Shown: one piece after another, positions 56,308-64,000 of the stretch
Position numbering within the stretch: the first letter of the stretch is position 1
Layout: each line of letters begins with the position of its first letter
Source of the DNA: Candidatus Zhuqueibacterota bacterium
Lineage (GTDB): Bacteria > Zhuqueibacterota > QNDG01 > JABMRT01
Length of the DNA: 64,000 nt
Assembly: GCA_013202295.1 (NCBI GenBank)
Contig: JABMRT010000064.1
Span: forward strand, 3,362-67,361
Reading direction: 5' to 3'
Made by a program: the position numbers and the translations under genes
The notes under the pieces: generated by a model
Databases searched by the model: none
Seen by the model: the letters and a program-made list of their open reading frames with translations, nothing else
Told to the model about the DNA's origin: nothing

Positions 56308-57165
56308 ATGATAACCTTGAAACATGTTGAGTTTGGGTACAGAAATGACCAACTCCTGTTTAAGGATCTGAATCTTAATATAGAGTCAGGAAATATATAC
56401 GGTCTTTTAGGCCCAAATGGTGCAGGAAAGACAAGTCTGCTGAAACTGCTTTGTGGACTGAGATTTCAAAAATCAGGAAGATGCGAGGTTTTAAAGTTAT
56501 CACCCAAAAGTCGTCCAAAAGTCCTATTTGAGAACCTCTTTTATTTGCCGGAACGTACTTCTTCTCTCTCTGGGTCAGTGAGCATGTATTTAAAAATATA
56601 CAGCCCTTTTTATCCAAAATTCGATCGAGATAAATTTAATGATTATTTAGAATTGTATAAAATTAATACAAATGTGAATCTATCAACTTTTTCTACCGGA
56701 CAAACACGGAAGTTCTTATTGGCATTCGCAATTGCGACAAACTGTCAAATCATATTACTGGATGAGCCGACAAATGGACTTGATATCCCTGGTAAAAGTC
56801 AATTCAGGAAAATCGTAGCTTCAGCACTCGATCAGAATAAACTTTTCCTCATTGCAACCCATCAAGTCAAAGACATTGAAACACTTGTCGATCATTATAT
56901 CATGATCGACAATGGAAAGATCGTGTTTGACCACTCCTCTGATGAAATTCAAAATAATTTAAAATTTGCACGAGTCACGAAAGAACCAGAACGGGATATT
57001 CTTTATTTTGAGAGATTCCCCGGCGGGTATCGAATAGTGTCATCAAATGAGGATGATGTGGAATCAGAAATTGATATTGAATTGTTGTTCAATGCGGTGA
57101 TGAAGGATGCTGGTAAAATCGATATCCATATGAAAGAGGAGGTGACCGTTGAAAATGAAAGTTGA
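56308..57165 (+). CDS. ABC transporter ATP-binding protein (YtrB-like)
   Basis: GPNGAGKT, FSTGQ, ILLDEPTNGLD, ATH. Confidence 0.93.
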   Translation: MITLKHVEFGYRNDQLLFKDLNLNIESGNIYGLLGPNGAGKTSLLKLLCGLRFQKSGRCEVLKLSPKSRPKVLFENLFYLPERTSSLSGSVSMYLKIYSPFYPKFDRDKFNDYLELYKINTNVNLSTFSTGQTRKFLLAFAIATNCQIILLDEPTNGLDIPGKSQFRKIVASALDQNKLFLIATHQVKDIETLVDHYIMIDNGKIVFDHSSDEIQNNLKFARVTKEPERDILYFERFPGGYRIVSSNEDDVESEIDIELLFNAVMKDAGKIDIHMKEEVTVENES

Positions 57166-57922
57166 TTTTTCAGTAAGGCGCTGTTGTTTACTCATTCGTG
57201 CAGATCTTGTGAATTATAGAAAAGAAATCGCCGTGTGCGCGGCCGCTTTAATTTTATTTTTTGCTGTAGGATTCTGGCTAAACAAGACGACGTTTGAGAA
57301 TGATCAGGTACCAGCCTTTATGTATCACTTCTTCTTAGTAGTTGGAGGAGCTTTGCTCGCCAGTGTTTCTTTAAGAGATATGGATCAAAATAGGTCGGGA
57401 TTAAATTATTTGACATTACCCGCATCACAGAATGAGAAAATCATTTCTAGATTATCCTTGACCTCTGTGGGATACATGCTTGCATTAACTTTCATGTTTA
57501 TTCCAGTTCAGGTCATTGCTCTGCAGTTTTATGAATTGAATGCAATAAAATACTCTGACTTGCTGATCAATCGACAAACCCTGAACTTCTTTATTCTGTA
57601 TGTGATCTTTTTTTATGGTTCAACACGATTCAGGACAATGGCACTATTTAAAACACTGGTTACAGGTACGATTGTCTACACCCTATTCTACTTTGTTGTC
57701 CGGATCATGGTAAATATTCTTTTTTGGGATATAATATATTTTGAGGATCATATGATTTTGTTGAGAATTATTTTCTCTGATCCAATCATGGAAAAGATGA
57801 TTTGGATACCGACCGGCGCCCATTATCTCAATCCATTAGTTTTATTGGCCGCCGTATTTATAACAATGCCATTCGCTTTCTTGCCGGCAGCATTCTTAAG
57901 ATTCAAAGAAAGCGAGATTTGA
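57149..57922 (+). CDS. ABC-2 type permease-like membrane protein
   Basis: About six TM helices, 'YLTLPASQNEK'; lies between the ATPase and GntR genes. Confidence 0.75.
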   Translation: MKMKVDFSVRRCCLLIRADLVNYRKEIAVCAAALILFFAVGFWLNKTTFENDQVPAFMYHFFLVVGGALLASVSLRDMDQNRSGLNYLTLPASQNEKIISRLSLTSVGYMLALTFMFIPVQVIALQFYELNAIKYSDLLINRQTLNFFILYVIFFYGSTRFRTMALFKTLVTGTIVYTLFYFVVRIMVNILFWDIIYFEDHMILLRIIFSDPIMEKMIWIPTGAHYLNPLVLLAAVFITMPFAFLPAAFLRFKESEI

Positions 57923-57923
57923 T

Positions 57924-58295
57924 ATGGAATTTATCGGTACACAACCCATTTATTTACAGATTGTTGACCTCATTGCTGAAAATATCCTGTCAAGGAAGTG
58001 GGTGGAGGGAGAAAGGCTTGCCTCTGTGCGTGAACTTGCCATACAGATTGAAGTTAATCCGAACACAGTCTTGCGATCGTTTACCTATTTGCAGAACAGA
58101 AACGTCATTTTCAATAAAAGGGGCATTGGTTATTTTGTGGCAGAGAGCGCTTACGAAGTTCTATTGAATATCAAAAGAACAGAGTTTATTAAAAAAAATG
58201 CACCTCAATTTTTCAGGACTATGGACTTGTTGGATATAAAGATATCTGAATTGAATCGGTTATATACTTTATATAAAAAGGAGCATCACTCATGA
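57924..58295 (+). CDS. GntR family (YtrA subfamily) transcriptional regulator
   Basis: 'PIYLQI...GERLASVRELA...VNPNTVLRSF...RGIGYFV', short C-terminal domain. Confidence 0.93.
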   Translation: MEFIGTQPIYLQIVDLIAENILSRKWVEGERLASVRELAIQIEVNPNTVLRSFTYLQNRNVIFNKRGIGYFVAESAYEVLLNIKRTEFIKKNAPQFFRTMDLLDIKISELNRLYTLYKKEHHS

Positions 58296-59065
58296 AACCC
58301 AGCAATAAACTGCTACTATTATATTTATTAATACTTTTATTGTTTATAATATTTCAACTACTGCGGTTCAAGAATAGGCTGGACCTTAATGTTGATAGTA
58401 CAGACAATATAGGTAGGAATATAGCCGACACTTTAAAAAATGATTATAACTTGACAGTCTTTGCTCCTCCAGCAGAGACAAAAGCATACTTGGTTCATTT
58501 TGGGGTGACCCGTGGATTTTGGGGACGGCTTGCTAAAGGTAATCTTTTCCAAGATTTGGGTTTGAAAACTGCTTGGGTGAATTCAGAATTTGGTTACATT
58601 GATTTTAAATTTAAGCCCACTCGTTACGCGCTCTTTAATAAACCTTCTAAGGGTCATAATAAGCCTGTTGTGGCCACTCGTTATTTTTTTGAAACAGATC
58701 CCGAGCAGATGATCCAAAATATATATGAGGAAACAGTTAATGTGATGGTCGTGAAATATCAGAATCCTGAGCATGCTTCATTTTGGTTCAACAGCTATTT
58801 CGAAAGAATTAGGATTGCTTTAGTAGAAAGGAGGACCAGGGAAAACCTTGTGAATTATGATGAAAAGAACGAATCTGGCTCCGATGCAGCAGTATGTCAG
58901 TGGATCAGTGGTCCTTGGGAAACGGCGATTATGGTTCCATTCAGTCAATGTGATGGAGACAGCCTCAAAGCACGACAGCTTTGTGATGCAATTCGAGATC
59001 GAGTGTTTGAGTATTATCAAGGTTTTAAGAATCCTCCCGAAGGCTCGGAGCCTTCGGGAGGATGA
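58292..59065 (+). CDS. Hypothetical membrane-anchored protein
   Basis: ATGA overlap with the GntR gene; N-terminal TM 'MKPSNKLLL'; last codons derive from a REP palindrome. Confidence 0.65.
   Translation: MKPSNKLLLLYLLILLLFIIFQLLRFKNRLDLNVDSTDNIGRNIADTLKNDYNLTVFAPPAETKAYLVHFGVTRGFWGRLAKGNLFQDLGLKTAWVNSEFGYIDFKFKPTRYALFNKPSKGHNKPVVATRYFFETDPEQMIQNIYEETVNVMVVKYQNPEHASFWFNSYFERIRIALVERRTRENLVNYDEKNESGSDAAVCQWISGPWETAIMVPFSQCDGDSLKARQLCDAIRDRVFEYYQGFKNPPEGSEPSGG
59031..59063. repeat. REP palindrome flanking the RAYT (left)
   Basis: ATCCTCCCGAAGGCTCGGAGCCTTCGGGAGGAT. Confidence 0.9.
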
Positions 59066-59078
59066 GGATAGAAATACA

Positions 59079-59651
59079 TCAATCTATGGTAAATATGTCT
59101 AAATTCCCGGGTGTTACTAAATCAAGATCTTCAACAAAAAATTTATATTCTATCGCAGAAGAAAAGTACATATCTCTCACAGACAAATCAACTAGACTGC
59201 CCTTTCGTTCTTCAATAAATTCCAGATAATTTGAGAAAATCCATTTATCAGGTGATTCTACAAGCCCGGCTTCCACGGGATTTCGATGGATATACCGTAT
59301 CAAATGCATGAGGTCTTCATCTTTATCCACGAGTACGTGTTTAAAACGCCCTTCAAAGAGTGGGCCTTTGCGGTCAAGTTGTTTGTTCAAGGCCTGAACA
59401 TAGCTATTGAATGTCGATTGAATAAAGCGAGAGATTGAATGTTCGTCTTCTGGCCTGACAAGAAAATGATAATGGTTCGGCATGAGGCAGTAGGCAATAA
59501 TTTTGATTTGGTGCCTTTCGGCATTCTTTTTCACCAAATGAAGGCAATAGGTGTAATTGTCTTCTGAGAAGAAGATTTGTTGTTTATTGACACCCCGGTT
59601 GTACAGATGATAGTACTGGTTTTGAGAGATGTTTTTATAACGAGTTGGCAT
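59079..59651 (-). mobile_element. REP-associated tyrosine transposase (RAYT, Y1 HUH family)
   Basis: 'YYHLYNRGVNKQQIF', 'AYCLMPNHYHFLV' (HUH), 'FEGRFK', 'YIHRNPVEAGLV..P..W.FSNY'; flanked by two REPs. Confidence 0.92.
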
Positions 59652-59671
59652 TATTGATAATTCTTTTATGC

Positions 59672-59704
59672 ATCCTCCCGAAGGCTTCGAGCCTTCGGGA
59701 GGAT
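59672..59704. repeat. REP palindrome flanking the RAYT (right)
   Basis: ATCCTCCCGAAGGCTTCGAGCCTTCGGGAGGAT; its reverse complement differs from the left copy at 1 of 33 positions. Confidence 0.9.
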
Positions 59705-59715
59705 TTCTATTGAGT

Positions 59716-60774
59716 TTAGCAAATCCTTGGCAATTGATCGCCGGTCAGCAGATCGAGGATACGTCGTCCTCCGTATGCATTTGCCGCAGTCACTGATCCT
59801 TTCGGCTTTTCCTTTACGCTTCCAATCACTATTGCTTCTTTTCCCTCAGAATGGGAATGAATCAACTCCAACGCTTTATCGGCTGATGATTCCGGTACAA
59901 AAAGTACAAATCGACCCTCATTGGCGACGTAGAATGGATCCAGTCCGAAGAGTTCGCACGCACCTTGCACGGTTTCATTGACTGGCACGACATCTTCCCG
60001 TAACTCAAAATGGGTTTGACTTTGATCAGCCAGTTCCACCAAAGCCGTAGCCATTCCGCCGCGTGTGCAGTCGCGCATGCAGTGAATGGGAATGTCATTT
60101 TCCAGCAATTGTAGAACGATCCTGTGTAGAGGGGCACAATCACTCATGATTTCTGTTTCAAAGGATAGACCTTCACGTGAAGACAAAACCGCGATACCGT
60201 GGCGGCCTATGTCCCCGCTCAATATGATTTTATCTCCTGGGCGGATTTCAGAAGGCCCAACGGATTGGGTATGATCCAGTGTGCCGACTCCGGTTGTATT
60301 GATCAGGAGTTCGCCATCCCCTTTGCGATCAATGACTTTTGTGTCGCCGGTTACGATTTGTATGTTCGATTCCTTTGCCGCTTCGCCAATACTCTGAATG
60401 ACTTTCCACAACGTTTCCATTTCCAGACCCTCCTCCATGATCAGGGAGAGGCTGAGCCATCTGGGTGTGGCGCCGCACATGGCAAGATCATTGACTGTTC
60501 CAAATACAGAGAGTTTCCCGATATCACTTCCCGGGAAAAATAGGGGCTGAATCACATGGCTGTCCGTGGTCATCACAATCCGCGCATCAGGATTTTCCAG
60601 CACTGCACCATCATGTCCTTGATCCAGATACTGATTCTTGAGTATTGGCTCAAACATGCGATGAATGAGATCTCGAGTCAGCTTTCCGCCGCTGCCGTGG
60701 GCCATGATGATTTTCGGATACTGACTCAGGGGGATGGGACATTGCTGTCCCTTCCATTCGAGATTATCAGGCAT
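59716..60774 (-). CDS. hypE: Hydrogenase maturation protein HypE
   Basis: Start moved to ATG 60774; 'AHGSGG', 'TTDSHV..PLFFPG', 'GTVNDLAM', 'GDTKV', 'ANEG', C-terminal PRIC. Confidence 0.95.
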   Translation of the reverse strand: MPDNLEWKGQQCPIPLSQYPKIIMAHGSGGKLTRDLIHRMFEPILKNQYLDQGHDGAVLENPDARIVMTTDSHVIQPLFFPGSDIGKLSVFGTVNDLAMCGATPRWLSLSLIMEEGLEMETLWKVIQSIGEAAKESNIQIVTGDTKVIDRKGDGELLINTTGVGTLDHTQSVGPSEIRPGDKIILSGDIGRHGIAVLSSREGLSFETEIMSDCAPLHRIVLQLLENDIPIHCMRDCTRGGMATALVELADQSQTHFELREDVVPVNETVQGACELFGLDPFYVANEGRFVLFVPESSADKALELIHSHSEGKEAIVIGSVKEKPKGSVTAANAYGGRRILDLLTGDQLPRIC

Positions 60775-61858
60775 TGGATCTCCTGTATTTGTAATAGGCT
60801 GCGCATGCTCCCTCGGAGGAAACCATGGTCGCGCCGAGCGGGGATTCTGGTGTGCACTCTTTTCCGAAAGCGGGGCATTCATCCGGCTTTTTTAGTCCTT
60901 GCAACACCTGGCCGCTGATGCAGATTTCCGGTTCGGCAATGTCTTCATCTATCAGATAGAATTTTCGTTCCGCGTCGAAATCCAGATAAGAATCTCTTAA
61001 TCCCAAACCGCTATTGGGGATGTTGCCGATGCCGCGCCATTGTCGGTCCACAACCTTAAATACTTTTTTCATCCACTTCTGAGCGGGGATATTACCCTCG
61101 CGACGAACAGACCGGATGTATTGATTCTCGACTTCCGCGCGACCTTCTTCCAGTTGTTTGATGCAGAGATAGACTCCTTGAACAAGATCCAAAGGTTCGA
61201 ATCCAGTAACGACGATAGGGATGTTGAACTTCTCCGCGATGGGAAAATATTCCTCGTATCCCATGACTGTACAGACATGACCGGCGGCGAGGAATCCATC
61301 AATCTTGGTGTGAGGCGACGAAAGAATGGCCTCCATCGCCGGGGGGACGAGCACGTGGGTGACGAGCATGGAGAAATTTGTGAGTTCATTTTCTTTGGCA
61401 TGCTGGACTGCCATTGCCGTCGCCGGGGCCGTGGTTTCAAATCCAATGGCGAAGAAAACAACTTCCTTTGCCGGATTATCCTGAGCAATTTTCAAGGCAT
61501 CCATGGGGGAGTAGACCATGCGGATATCCCTGCCTTCGGCTTTGACAGAGAGCAGATCTCTGTCCTTTCCCGGTACGCGCAGCATATCCCCAAAAGAACA
61601 GAATATGACTTCGGGCCCCGATGCCAGCTTGATTGCTTTTTCGATCATGTTTAGGGGCGTCACACAGACGGGGCATCCGGGACCATGAAGCAAGGTGATT
61701 TTTTTAGGGAGCAGATCCTGCAATCCATGTTTCATGATGGCGTGGGTCTGGCCGCCGCAAATTTCCATGATTTGCCAGTCGCGTACGGTGATCCGATGAA
61801 TGGCATCCAGCACGGTTTGGATTGAGTTGGCATCCCGGAATTCGGAGAGGTATTTCAT
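60767..61858 (-). CDS. hypD: Hydrogenase maturation protein HypD
   Basis: 'MEICGGQTH', '[10 protein letters not shown]', 'GFETTAP', '[12 protein letters not shown]'. Confidence 0.97.
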   Translation of the reverse strand: MKYLSEFRDANSIQTVLDAIHRITVRDWQIMEICGGQTHAIMKHGLQDLLPKKITLLHGPGCPVCVTPLNMIEKAIKLASGPEVIFCSFGDMLRVPGKDRDLLSVKAEGRDIRMVYSPMDALKIAQDNPAKEVVFFAIGFETTAPATAMAVQHAKENELTNFSMLVTHVLVPPAMEAILSSPHTKIDGFLAAGHVCTVMGYEEYFPIAEKFNIPIVVTGFEPLDLVQGVYLCIKQLEEGRAEVENQYIRSVRREGNIPAQKWMKKVFKVVDRQWRGIGNIPNSGLGLRDSYLDFDAERKFYLIDEDIAEPEICISGQVLQGLKKPDECPAFGKECTPESPLGATMVSSEGACAAYYKYRRSNA

Positions 61859-62106
61859 TTATTCCGATGCTCCTGCTCTTTTTCTGCGATTTCATGCCAG
61901 ATGGCCAAGGTTTCCGCGGCCTCTTTCGGATCGATCACACTGAGCGCAAATCCGACATGCACATTCACGTAATCTCCCACCTTCGCGTCAGGTACGTATC
62001 CAAGATGGATTTCACGGACCACACCGCCGAATTGGACCTTGCCTTTTCGTTTAATGGGTTCGGCTTCTTTGATTTCAATGATTTGTCCGGGGATTGCGAG
62101 ACACAT
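61855..62106 (-). CDS. hypC: Hydrogenase maturation chaperone HypC
   Basis: MCLAIPG...[12 protein letters not shown]. Confidence 0.97.
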   Translation of the reverse strand: MCLAIPGQIIEIKEAEPIKRKGKVQFGGVVREIHLGYVPDAKVGDYVNVHVGFALSVIDPKEAAETLAIWHEIAEKEQEHRNK

Positions 62107-62115
62107 TTTGTTCCT

Positions 62116-62171
62116 CGTATTTCGTATGTAGTATGTAGTATGTTGTATATTGTATACGGTACACAGTATAC
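62116..62171. repeat. Degenerate 7-bp tandem repeat x8
   Basis: CGTATTT CGTATGT AGTATGT AGTATGT TGTATAT TGTATAC GGTACAC AGTATAC fills the hypF-hypC gap. Confidence 0.75.
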
Positions 62172-62176
62172 CATGA

Positions 62177-64000
62177 TTACTTGATCAAGTCAAATTTTAA
62201 GGCTCCGATTTGGCCAAGGCTGATGCCGCCGTCATTGGGCGGGACGCGTTGATGCCAGTAAACTTTGAATCCTTCATCTATGAGTTTTTGAATGGATCTC
62301 TCCGTGAGTAGTTTATTTTGAAAACAGCCGCCGCTGAGAACGATTTGTTCCTGATTGGATTTCTGAGCAATCTTGAGGATGATCTCCGCACAGGTCCAAT
62401 GAAAGCGATCTGCAATGGTTTCAGTGGGGACACGGGATTTGCCATCATTCAGGATTTCCCGGATCATGGGCTTCCAATCGATTTGAGCCATTCCATCATG
62501 GTCCTTCACTTCAAATGGATAGGATTGATCTTGTTTGTTCGACTGCCATGCCGCGTACTCAAGGAGCATGGCGGCCTGGCCTTCGTACTGATTGATCTGA
62601 CAGAGTCCGGTTATGGAGGCAATCGCGTCGAACAGTCGTCCGGCACTGGTTGTGGAAGTTGTCGCTTGTTGATTTGAAAGCAGTTTATTGAGGTTGCTCC
62701 ATTCCAGTTCATTAAATGCCTGGAATACAGTCGTGCAGACTGATTCGTCCAGATTTTCTCCAAAGATGGACTTCAAAAGACCCAGCGCGGATCGGCGAGG
62801 TTCTCTGATTGCAGTATCTCCTCCTACAAGGGGGAAGGAACGAAGTGATGCGAACCGTTTCCACTTTCCAGAATCCACGGTAATGAATTCACCACCCCAG
62901 ATGGTGCCATCAGTTCCATATCCCGTGCCGTCCCAGCTTACACCAAGTATCGGCGGCTCGAGTTCGTTTTCTAACATACAGCTGAGAATATGGGCCAGAT
63001 GGTGCTGAACGGGTCGGTGATCCAATCCGATATTCTGCGCTTCATTTGTTGACACATAGTCAGGATGCAAATCATGCAGAATGATCGCAGGCTGTTTGTC
63101 TGTCAATTTCTGCAGATCCTCCTGGATGCGTCGAAAGTGATGCAGTGCTGGTTCCGTCTCCAGGTCGCCGATGTGCTGGCTGATGATCGCTTGATTTTGT
63201 CCAGCAATTGTAATCGTATTTTTTAAATGCCCACCGAATGCGAGTGCGGGTTTGATTTCCTCATTCAACATGATGGGAAGGGGGGCATAGCCGCGTGAGC
63301 GGCGAAGGATCAGTTCGCGTCCGGCCACAATCCGCCCTATGGAGTCATCAACAGGCCGGACGATGGGGCGGTCGTGCATCAGAAAGAAATCCGCAATATA
63401 CCTCAGCCTATCCAAAGCTTCCTGATTGTCAATACAAATGGGCTCTTCTGTGAGATTGCCGCTGGTAGCTACGACCGATCTATCCAGCTGCTGCATCAGA
63501 ACGTGATGCAAAGGTGTATATGGCAGCATGGCTCCGAGACAGGGATTGTTGGGAGCGACTTCGGGCGAAATATGGGAATTGGTATCTGGTTTTTTCCATA
63601 GCAAAAGAATAGGCGCTTCGGGTGAAGTGAGCCAGCGTTTTTCAAGATCTGATACTTCGCATACAGATTCGATAGAAGCAAGATTCGGGAACATGAGGGC
63701 GAAAGGTTTCTCCCCGCGTCGTTTTCGATCCCTTAATCGTTGGACGGCCGCAGAATTGGTCGCGTCCGCCATCAAGTGAAAACCGCCGAGTCCTTTGACG
63801 GCTACGATCTTTCCATCCACAATAGCCTGAGCGGTTTGTTCCATCGCGTCCTGCCGAGATGAGAGCGGTTTGCCATCCTTATCACAAAATTCGAGTTGTG
63901 GGCCGCAAGCTGGACATGCATTGGGTTGGGCGTGAAAACGGCGGTCCCTCTGATTTCCATATTCAGCCTGACATTCCGGACACATATAGAAATCTTTCAT
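62177..64000 (-). CDS. hypF: Carbamoyltransferase HypF (N-terminus lies beyond the window edge)
   Basis: 'CPEC...RRFHAQPNACPACGP', 'KGLGGFHL', 'HDLHPDY', 'QHHLAH', 'DGTGYG', 'PPNDGGISLGQ'. Confidence 0.97.
   Translation of the reverse strand: MKDFYMCPECQAEYGNQRDRRFHAQPNACPACGPQLEFCDKDGKPLSSRQDAMEQTAQAIVDGKIVAVKGLGGFHLMADATNSAAVQRLRDRKRRGEKPFALMFPNLASIESVCEVSDLEKRWLTSPEAPILLLWKKPDTNSHISPEVAPNNPCLGAMLPYTPLHHVLMQQLDRSVVATSGNLTEEPICIDNQEALDRLRYIADFFLMHDRPIVRPVDDSIGRIVAGRELILRRSRGYAPLPIMLNEEIKPALAFGGHLKNTITIAGQNQAIISQHIGDLETEPALHHFRRIQEDLQKLTDKQPAIILHDLHPDYVSTNEAQNIGLDHRPVQHHLAHILSCMLENELEPPILGVSWDGTGYGTDGTIWGGEFITVDSGKWKRFASLRSFPLVGGDTAIREPRRSALGLLKSIFGENLDESVCTTVFQAFNELEWSNLNKLLSNQQATTSTTSAGRLFDAIASITGLCQINQYEGQAAMLLEYAAWQSNKQDQSYPFEVKDHDGMAQIDWKPMIREILNDGKSRVPTETIADRFHWTCAEIILKIAQKSNQEQIVLSGGCFQNKLLTERSIQKLIDEGFKVYWHQRVPPNDGGISLGQIGALKFDLIK

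Noticed and set aside
59079..59651. IS200/IS605 element
   Set aside because: No tnpB; the NP...GLV...W..S motif and symmetrical flanking REPs fit a RAYT better.
60775..60882. N-terminal extension of HypE in the ORF track
   Set aside because: Overlaps the conserved hypD C-terminus; ATG 60774 gives a normal HypE coupled to the hypD stop.
1..64000. tRNA, rRNA, CRISPR or prophage genes
   Set aside because: None recognised by eye in the intergenic regions; no covariance-model search was run.

Overview
Bacterial chromosomal window from a diderm, probably an anaerobe of the FCB group (KSB1/Calditrichota-like). The taxonomy is inferred only from the 'QNYPNPFN' C-terminal sorting domain, the GWxTD-like protein and the Tat sulfatases. 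Contents in order: a partial ABC-F gene; a PKD/GEVED secreted protein; a Tat-signal Fe-S protein; a 15-kb sigma54-preceded minus-strand operon of five secreted proteins (giant adhesin, small DUF11 protein, pilin-like protein, 6xDUF11 protein, outer-membrane beta-barrel); an ECF sigma/anti-sigma/TonB-C/MacAB-like cluster; TPR, TonB and GWxTD genes; GT9, aldo-keto reductase and two sulfatases; a DAACS transporter followed by an AT-rich Fic islet bounded by a duplicated gene end; a 14-kb operon for a membrane-bound group 4 [NiFe]-hydrogenase with Mrp antiporter subunits and a sulfhydrogenase-type flavin/Fe-S module behind two Rex-like boxes; a YtrA-type ABC operon; a REP-flanked RAYT; and hypFCDE. 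Top candidate for a new system: the DUF11 operon encodes split DUF11 domains (N-terminal Asn-bearing 'donor' strands and C-terminal Lys/Asp-bearing 'acceptor' half-domains). Their distribution across the genes predicts a head-to-tail, donor-strand-complemented, isopeptide-cross-linked fibre (tip, shaft, base, chaperone, OM barrel) without sortase or a classical chaperone-usher pair. All family calls come from motif recognition by eye; no database searches were run.
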